DNA of 64,000 nucleotides, from assembly GCA_946965045.2 (NCBI GenBank), contig OX337240.1, positions 2,542,001 to 2,606,000 of the forward strand. The letters run 5' to 3'. A program made the position numbers and the translations under genes. This document shows positions 57,833 to 64,000 of the stretch, in pieces. Numbering within the stretch: the stretch's first letter is position 1; the number at the start of each line of letters is the position of its first letter. Under the pieces are notes generated by a model, which worked only from the letters and a program-made list of their open reading frames with translations, made no database searches and had not been told where the DNA came from. Source of the DNA: Epithemia pelagica. Its lineage: Eukaryota; Protista; Bacillariophyta.

Positions 57833-58528
57833 TTTGGATGATTATATTCTTATTTCTTATTGTTCTTGATCAGAGGGAAGAAAGAAACAATGAGAAACAG
57901 ACACTTTCCATTGACGCAATCTAATAATATGAGGATGTAAGATGGAGAAACATAGATCAAATGGCGAACCACAAACCACAGCTTGCTTTACAAGTTCGAA
58001 GAGTAGCCTTTCGTTCTTCCAAGCGTCTGCGCGCCTATAGGTATTTGAAAAAGACAGAGCGTTGAACGGACATGGTCACACCTCCGCGGTCTATGTTTGT
58101 TGGATTTAGATTAATATTATGGAATGTATTACCATATAACGCTAGATATCTATTTAAATAACGGTCGGCGTATGTGGAAGGCCCGAAGGCGTGACAGTCG
58201 CTTGCAAGACCCCCAAGCTCCCCTCAATTTTTTACTCGAAGGTCTAGCCTCTCTACGAAACGAAAGTTGAGAGCTGACATTTCGTTTTGGCGGGATTTTG
58301 CTTCCTTACGCGTCTGCGAAACGAAAACTACGAGCTGGTTCACGTTGCGGAGTGCATGAGTATATTAGTGTACAAGACTGTACCCGAAAAAAACCAGTAC
58401 ACAAAACTCCACAGTGGATAATCCGCAGCAACCATGACAATGGGATGGATCGATGTTTGGACAAATACGATGCCATTCCTGGCTACAAACACAACAAGTA
58501 CTATTGCTAATCGACTAAGTAGGTTCTA

Positions 58529-59068
58529 TTACGCATCTGCTGTAAAGAACAGGCTCTGGGTAGGGTATTTTGTCGTCATGTAGGCAAGAGCAGTCTTGAG
58601 CTCTTCCATGTGGAAGAGGCTCATGTAGAGGGTGACGACCATTGGGTCCATGCTGCTCTTCGTATCGATCGTGCACCGTGTGTAGAATTGAATGCGGCCC
58701 TTCTTCTTGCTGGAGTCCGTGGGTGAGAGAACTTCCTTCATCACTGTCTTGACAATGAACCCAACTGGCAGCACAAGCAGCGGGTCGGCAAACTCGGACC
58801 GCGCTTCCCTCTTGTAAAATGCCAACCGAAGATAGTCTGTGCTTGTCTCCCGTTGGAGGAGAACATGCCCACGGTCGACAACATTCCGTCCATTTTGTTC
58901 TGCGCCGTTGTCGACAATGTCTCCAACGAGAACATTGACCCTGTCCGCGTAAAAGCTCGTCCGAAAGTTACATCGACTTCGATCGTCTTCAGAGCCAAAC
59001 TTGTCCTTGTTGAAAAAGAACTCGACCTCGTCCTCCATGCCGTTGTTGATTGTTGGTGTTGGTAGCAT
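58529..59068 (-). CDS. Hypothetical protein
   Basis: Coding-like ORF divergent from 59348; no family recognised. Confidence 0.5.
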   Translation of the reverse strand: MLPTPTINNGMEDEVEFFFNKDKFGSEDDRSRCNFRTSFYADRVNVLVGDIVDNGAEQNGRNVVDRGHVLLQRETSTDYLRLAFYKREARSEFADPLLVLPVGFIVKTVMKEVLSPTDSSKKKGRIQFYTRCTIDTKSSMDPMVVTLYMSLFHMEELKTALAYMTTKYPTQSLFFTADA

Positions 59069-59347
59069 CGTACTCCGAACTCCGCACGTTAGGTTGATTG
59101 TTCGATCGATTCAAAGCAGTGGGTTGTTTCGTGTTTGCATGTTTCGTTTCCGGATGCATCCAAAATGTGGGAGCCACACGGGTTGGTCGGATCTTTACGC
59201 GCACCTCTTTCCGTTCAGCTATCCGTTGATCTAAGTAGGTTGTTTGAGTTTGGTCTTGAGATCGCGAGCAGGTACATTCCACATCCCATTACAAGACACA
59301 GCACGATGCTCTCAGTTGTGTGTTCGTCTCACAAAAAACAAAACAAG

Positions 59348-60273
59348 ATGAGCAACAACAGCCATCGTCGCTACCCAAGTCGCACCCGCACCAAAACACC
59401 AAGCTTCCTGGATGACATCCAGGAAGATACTGTTCCTCCACCAGGGAAGACGCCAGGGAAGACACCAGCGAAGACACCAGCGAAGACACCGGGCAAGAAG
59501 CTCCCTCCGAAGAAGAGCTCCACGAAGAAGAACGCAAACAAGAAGCGTCGAACAAAGAAGACGAGTCCGGAGCTCCCCCCACCCCAGTCTCCAGATTTCG
59601 TCATTTCCAAGGTGGTTGAAGGGGAGACTCCAAGAGGAGCAAACGAGGACATAGTGGTATTGATGCCGGTGGCCATCGACGACAAGGCGCAGAGGCTCAA
59701 GGATGCATTGAACAAAGCAACGCAGTGGCATCTCATCCTTGGTGATGAGAATGGAGCCACGACCCTGGTGCTTGGTCGAAACCACAAATATCATTCGGGC
59801 AAAGTCTCGATTGCCGAGATTGTGGAAACGCTTAAGCAGTCTGAGCGTAGCCACAAGCCCAGAAACAATGAAACAATCAACGAAAATGGTAAGTTGATTG
59901 TGCCTTTGTAATTGATTGGAACGATCGTAGTACTCACCTCATTTTGTTTTCAGGACAAGAGGGTGGAATGCTGATGGAGACTCGCACTCCATTGAAGAAG
60001 GAGGAGTCCATTGGTGAGGCGGAGACTGTCATGAAATCCAATGTGGTGGATTGGCAGTACTTGACGCCTGGTGAGAAGCACGCCCAAAAGAGACGTGAGG
60101 CCGAGAGGGCTGTGCATTTCATGGCTGACAGTTGTGCAAGCCCGAGTCTCTTTCGTGAGGCTGCTTCAACGACGTCGGATGATGACGCCACGTATGACTC
60201 TCACGTTGATGATGGATTTGAAGATACGCAGGAGGAAAATATGTTTAGTCAGGAGGACTACTACAAGTATTAG
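59348..60273 (+). CDS. Basic/acidic nuclear-type protein with KTP(G/A) repeats; intron 59889-59953
   Basis: GKTPGKTPAKTPAKTPGKK and a K/R-rich NLS. The AATG|GTAAG...TTTCAG intron joins ORF 59135 to ORF 59944 in frame. Confidence 0.65.
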
Positions 60274-60337
60274 TTACGTAAAATAAACCATTCTAAATAC
60301 TGAATAATTGTTGTCCTTTACTTTCATCATCGTGGCC

Positions 60338-61423
60338 TTAGTCGCTTTCTTCTTCTTCATCGTCATCTTCGTCTTCGTCGTGCGAATCCTGATCTTTCTC
60401 GTTGTTGTTGCCTTCGTCATCTTCCTCGTCATCCGAATCCGAATCTGAATCCTCATCTTCATCTCCTTCATCATCCGACTTCTCGGATTCCTCGTCGTCG
60501 TTGCCATCTGAAGATTCATCTTGCTCATCCTGGCTGCCAGTCCTCATGCCCGACGCCAGATTGTAGCACCAGAACAACTCTTGATTTTTTTTAATGTTGC
60601 GTTTGGCTGTAGCCTTGAGCTTTCCGTCGACCTGGACGTTGTAGCATTTGTCGTCCGGGTCAACAGGTTGGTTGTCGTGATACTTGGCATAGTTTGGATC
60701 GTTTGCAAAGTGCAAACCCATCCAAAGGTCTGCCGCGGATGGATCAACGAAGACAGAAGGCCTTGTACGCAGTCGGACAGCGTAAGCAGAAGGCGGACGA
60801 GACTTGTCAAGGACCTTACCACCATAGAATCCCAGCATTTCGCCTTTTTTGTAGGGCTTTGCTGCAAAAAGCCCGAGACGAGCGTTGTCCAAGGTTGATC
60901 GCTTGATGACAAACAAGTCTTCGTCGACGTACCGAACAATGCACTCGTACTTTTGTGAATTGTCGTTTAGGTCCACCATCATTGTCCCTTCGACAAGTAG
61001 ATTGTTCTTGTGTTTCTTGTTGATTCCCGACCCTTTCTTTTTGTTGTATTTACTTGGAGCATAGTGTTTGATTGCTGTGCCAACAGGTTTGCCCTTGGAG
61101 CCGTGGGCTTTCCGGACCTGTGCACCTTCGATGCTCACGATGCCCTTGATGTGGGAGGAAATGAACCGATATAATTCGGTTCTTTCCTCCAAAGTACCTG
61201 ATCCATACAGGCCTTCAAGCTTGGCCATGAGATTCTCCGCCTTCACTGCCCGTGGCGTTCTCGTTGTTGCAATCTTCTTCCTCGCTCGTTGTTTCTGATT
61301 GAGCTCATCCATTTTGTATTTTCGATTTTGCTGCATGCGACGAGGCGGCTTTGCTGCTCTTGTTCGTGTTCTTGCGGAACTCGCCTGTTGCTTTGTAGCG
61401 GAACGTGTCTGTCGCTTTCCCAT
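60338..61423 (-). CDS. SET-domain lysine methyltransferase with a long acidic tail
   Basis: IKRSTLDNARLGLFAAKPYKKGEMLGFYGG, HFANDP and KRNIKKNQELFWCY; D/E-rich C-terminus. Confidence 0.85.
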   Translation of the reverse strand: MGKRQTRSATKQQASSARTRTRAAKPPRRMQQNRKYKMDELNQKQRARKKIATTRTPRAVKAENLMAKLEGLYGSGTLEERTELYRFISSHIKGIVSIEGAQVRKAHGSKGKPVGTAIKHYAPSKYNKKKGSGINKKHKNNLLVEGTMMVDLNDNSQKYECIVRYVDEDLFVIKRSTLDNARLGLFAAKPYKKGEMLGFYGGKVLDKSRPPSAYAVRLRTRPSVFVDPSAADLWMGLHFANDPNYAKYHDNQPVDPDDKCYNVQVDGKLKATAKRNIKKNQELFWCYNLASGMRTGSQDEQDESSDGNDDEESEKSDDEGDEDEDSDSDSDDEEDDEGNNNEKDQDSHDEDEDDDEEEESD

Positions 61424-61433
61424 GGCTGTTGCA

Positions 61434-61504
61434 GGCTGCTGCACTTTGTCGCTGTCGAAAAATTCTGACTGCTGCACTTTTATGAACTTGGGCTGCTGCA
61501 CTTT
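61434..61504. repeat. Three direct repeats of (G)CTGCTGCACTTT just upstream of the SET start
   Basis: Copies at 61434-61447, 61467-61480 and 61491-61504. Confidence 0.8.
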
Positions 61505-61773
61505 TTGGAGAAGGCGCAGAAACGCCAACCCCTTTGAGCTTCCGAATGAGAGTGAAAACCGCATTGACAGTCATCAGACTGTCGTTTGTACACTGTGGAC
61601 CAGTCTATTTTTGGTGTCACCAATGAACTTCGCAGCACTTGAGACGTACAAAAAAGATTCTCTCATAAAATTTGCTTCTGGAAAAAGTGAAACAGAGTCT
61701 CGTGCATGACAAGCCTACAAGTATGAAGATGAAGAGGAGTTCTATGGTACGTAAATGTGTTACAATATGAATT

Positions 61774-64000
61774 TCAGCGTTCTGCTTCTTGTGCCTCCTT
61801 CCAGACTTGCTGGATGAACGAGTGCTCTTGATCGAGCGTGCACCGGTGAGTCTTCATACTCACATTCACATACTTCTCGATTTCGACAAACAGGATGTCA
61901 TCTGTTGCACTTTGATTCCTGCTGTCAAACAACAAATAGGTAAGCATGTACCGCCTTGCTTTCGCTGAGAACCTGCGAACGGTTCTCAGCGAAACTTTCC
62001 CCATACTGTCTCTCACCACTTGCATGAACTTCGTCTTGTTGCCTTTCTTGTTTCTTGTCAAGCGTCGGAAGTATCGCTTCCCAAGACCCCATGCGTACTC
62101 GATCCCTTCACCCGCCAGTTCGCAGTGGTATTTTGGTGTGACGAGGATTTCAAGGTTGCGAGAATATCGCTGCGAGAGATCAGCCGCCAGTTGTTCGAGG
62201 GCTGATCTCTCATTCTTGAAGTCCTCGCACGATCCCATCAGGTAAGTCAAGGAATACTTCTTGTATTCCTCCATCTTGTCCTCACGGACCTGTCCTGAAC
62301 CATCCAACCATGTCTTACTCATGTCCTTGCGGTATTCCTGGAGCTTGGTGGTGTCAATGAAACCACGCTCGCCCAGAACTTGGAAGAGACCCTTTGGTTG
62401 CCCGAGCCAGCCCTGCTCCATGACAACTCGGTCTACCTCGGTTGGTAGCTGCCTTGCTGTCGAAATTGCCTGGAGCTGGTCAAGGGATTTGGAATGGTAG
62501 GCTTGAAGTGCCCTGTCGCCATGTTGAGCTCCTTGTTGAATGTCATGGCGAATGAGCTCACCAATCAATTCTTTCTTGGACAGCTTGTGTTTCTTTGTTT
62601 GATTGGTTGGGTGGTCGAACTTCATTCGTTGTCGTTGCTCCTCAGTGAGAGGAACACCCTTATAAGCAAATGGGCCAGGGTCCGCATCCGTGTATACCAT
62701 GGATTGCTTCGACCCTGGCTGAAGACGATGAGGGTGTGGATATGGACCGATGCACTCAACAATTGTCTCATGCATTTTGGGTACCACTCCACCCCAATCC
62801 TTGTTCATGGTCTTCTCGTTGAGCCCATCCTTCTGTTTTCGTCCATGACCGCTACTGTTGTCAAAGAGAAAAGCGAAATCAAAGGATGGATAGAGGACCA
62901 TCAAACAATCAACCAAGTCCTCAAATTGGAGGGCCATGTGATCGTAGTTCCACCAGCCATCATTGTTGGATCCATAGTCAAAATACGTGCAGAACGCACT
63001 GGCATCCGTGATCTGCCGGATCCGCTTGCTGCTGCCACCAAGTACTTGACTGGCAGAGTCCTCGGCCAAGTACGTCTGCGCTCGACGAGATTGATTGATT
63101 GCCTCTAGCTTCTCGGGGGTGAGCAGGACAACTTCGCCTGAGTTGTCTGAATAGAACCCCCATGCGCGACTCACGAATGCACTAAGCATTAAACCGTGCC
63201 CGTCGTCTTTGGGCAAAAGAACTCCACGCCCTTTGTGGTCCCCCCAACTCTTCTTCGAGAAGGACCATTGCTTGAAAATGGCTTCATCTTGGCCAACAAG
63301 CACAACAGGACGACGCTCAGAAGGGAAACGATGCGACAAATTTCCTCCCAGCAGCTTGTTTTCATCTCTAATGTATGATGAAAACACATCAGGAAAACAA
63401 TCCACATGGTATTCTCGCATTGTTTGGTTCGTCGAAGGGTCTCGAAACTCGAAAGCCCAAACATCCTTCATGAGCTTTTCGGAGACACCCTCAATCTCCC
63501 CGTTTTCTAGTTTGATTGCTTGGTCGGATGGAATCTGAATCCATTGATGCGCAAGCTTTTCCAACTCGAAGTATTTCGAGATGAACTGCTTCCGGGCTTG
63601 AACATTGTCGGCGTCCTCGTGACGGTCCGTGTAGTATGTCTTCTTTGTTTCAGAGAATCGAAACCCAGCATATGTGAGAATCTTCCATGCCGCACCGACT
63701 GAAACACTGGGGAGATTCACTTTTTGACGGAACTCGTCCAACGTGAGCGGCTCTGTGGATGGCTCCCCATCTTCGGTGTCCGTCTGTTGCTCTTTTTTAT
63801 ATATCAATGGGATCAAACTGTCTCGAATGTACATGGCTGCCATCTCGCAGGAGAGGGTCTCCAGATGTTGGCTCGCCCACTTCTGCAGCAATGGGAGTGC
63901 TTCTGGATATTGAGCCAGAAAGCATGGGCACGGCTTCTTCCCAATCTGGATGTACCAGTTTGGATGCGGGAACTTGCCGCTGACCCGGAATGCAACGTTG
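61774..64000 (-). CDS. IS630-Tc1-mariner-like DDE transposase (5' end outside window)
   Basis: YYTDRHEDADNV..R, LVGQDEAIF (D), FLFDNSSGH (D) and PKYHCELAGEGIEYAWG (E). The frame stays open from 63891 to the window end. Confidence 0.8.
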   Translation of the reverse strand, partial: NVAFRVSGKFPHPNWYIQIGKKPCPCFLAQYPEALPLLQKWASQHLETLSCEMAAMYIRDSLIPLIYKKEQQTDTEDGEPSTEPLTLDEFRQKVNLPSVSVGAAWKILTYAGFRFSETKKTYYTDRHEDADNVQARKQFISKYFELEKLAHQWIQIPSDQAIKLENGEIEGVSEKLMKDVWAFEFRDPSTNQTMREYHVDCFPDVFSSYIRDENKLLGGNLSHRFPSERRPVVLVGQDEAIFKQWSFSKKSWGDHKGRGVLLPKDDGHGLMLSAFVSRAWGFYSDNSGEVVLLTPEKLEAINQSRRAQTYLAEDSASQVLGGSSKRIRQITDASAFCTYFDYGSNNDGWWNYDHMALQFEDLVDCLMVLYPSFDFAFLFDNSSGHGRKQKDGLNEKTMNKDWGGVVPKMHETIVECIGPYPHPHRLQPGSKQSMVYTDADPGPFAYKGVPLTEEQRQRMKFDHPTNQTKKHKLSKKELIGELIRHDIQQGAQHGDRALQAYHSKSLDQLQAISTARQLPTEVDRVVMEQGWLGQPKGLFQVLGERGFIDTTKLQEYRKDMSKTWLDGSGQVREDKMEEYKKYSLTYLMGSCEDFKNERSALEQLAADLSQRYSRNLEILVTPKYHCELAGEGIEYAWGLGKRYFRRLTRNKKGNKTKFMQVVRDSMGKVSLRTVRRFSAKARRYMLTYLLFDSRNQSATDDILFVEIEKYVNVSMKTHRCTLDQEHSFIQQVWKEAQEAER

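Noticed and set aside
61340-61423. SET N-terminus (ATKQQASSARTRTRAAK) as a histone H3 tail mimic
   Set aside because: The similarity is within what K/R/A/T-rich composition gives by chance.
1-64000. All frameshifts as sequencing errors
   Set aside because: Several >1000-codon ORFs are intact, and the CRN pseudogene frameshifts are shared by both copies. Single homopolymer shifts (23565-23573, 26919-26923, ~51222) could still be errors.

Overview
Eukaryotic DNA, most likely a pennate diatom or related stramenopile. This is inferred from short GT-AG introns, N/Q/T-rich low-complexity proteins and an 'AF'-type bipartite plastid signal. No rRNA, tRNA or CRISPR array was seen. The left 40 kb is a rearrangement hotspot. 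A 4.2-kb segment occurs as a direct duplication (7822-12020 / 35089-39337) and brackets a 23-kb mosaic block. That block holds: (1) a hAT element with an intact, TTAA-flanked piggyBac nested inside it; (2) a Crinkler(CRN)-like REase+kinase cassette that is also present at 1-2831; (3) about 3.1 kb of bacterial DNA (GT39-type glycosyltransferase, TrmH, TPR protein; Chloroflexota-like); (4) a second CRN NTPase+REase gene; and (5) a 5'-truncated Mut-7-like exonuclease gene. The bacterial TPR gene is itself split by a 4.1-kb TIR-less Dada-like eukaryotic transposon with a 5-bp target duplication. This points to real chromosomal integration rather than contamination. A second, ~60-bp bacterial LivH-like snippet lies just downstream of the other CRN copy. 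The right part is mostly ordinary genes (TM9SF, ABM, LRAT, RNA ligase, spermidine synthase) plus decaying beta-propeller paralogs. It ends in a SET-domain gene cluster beside a Tc1/mariner-type transposase that runs off the window. All family calls come from motif recognition by eye; no database search was run.
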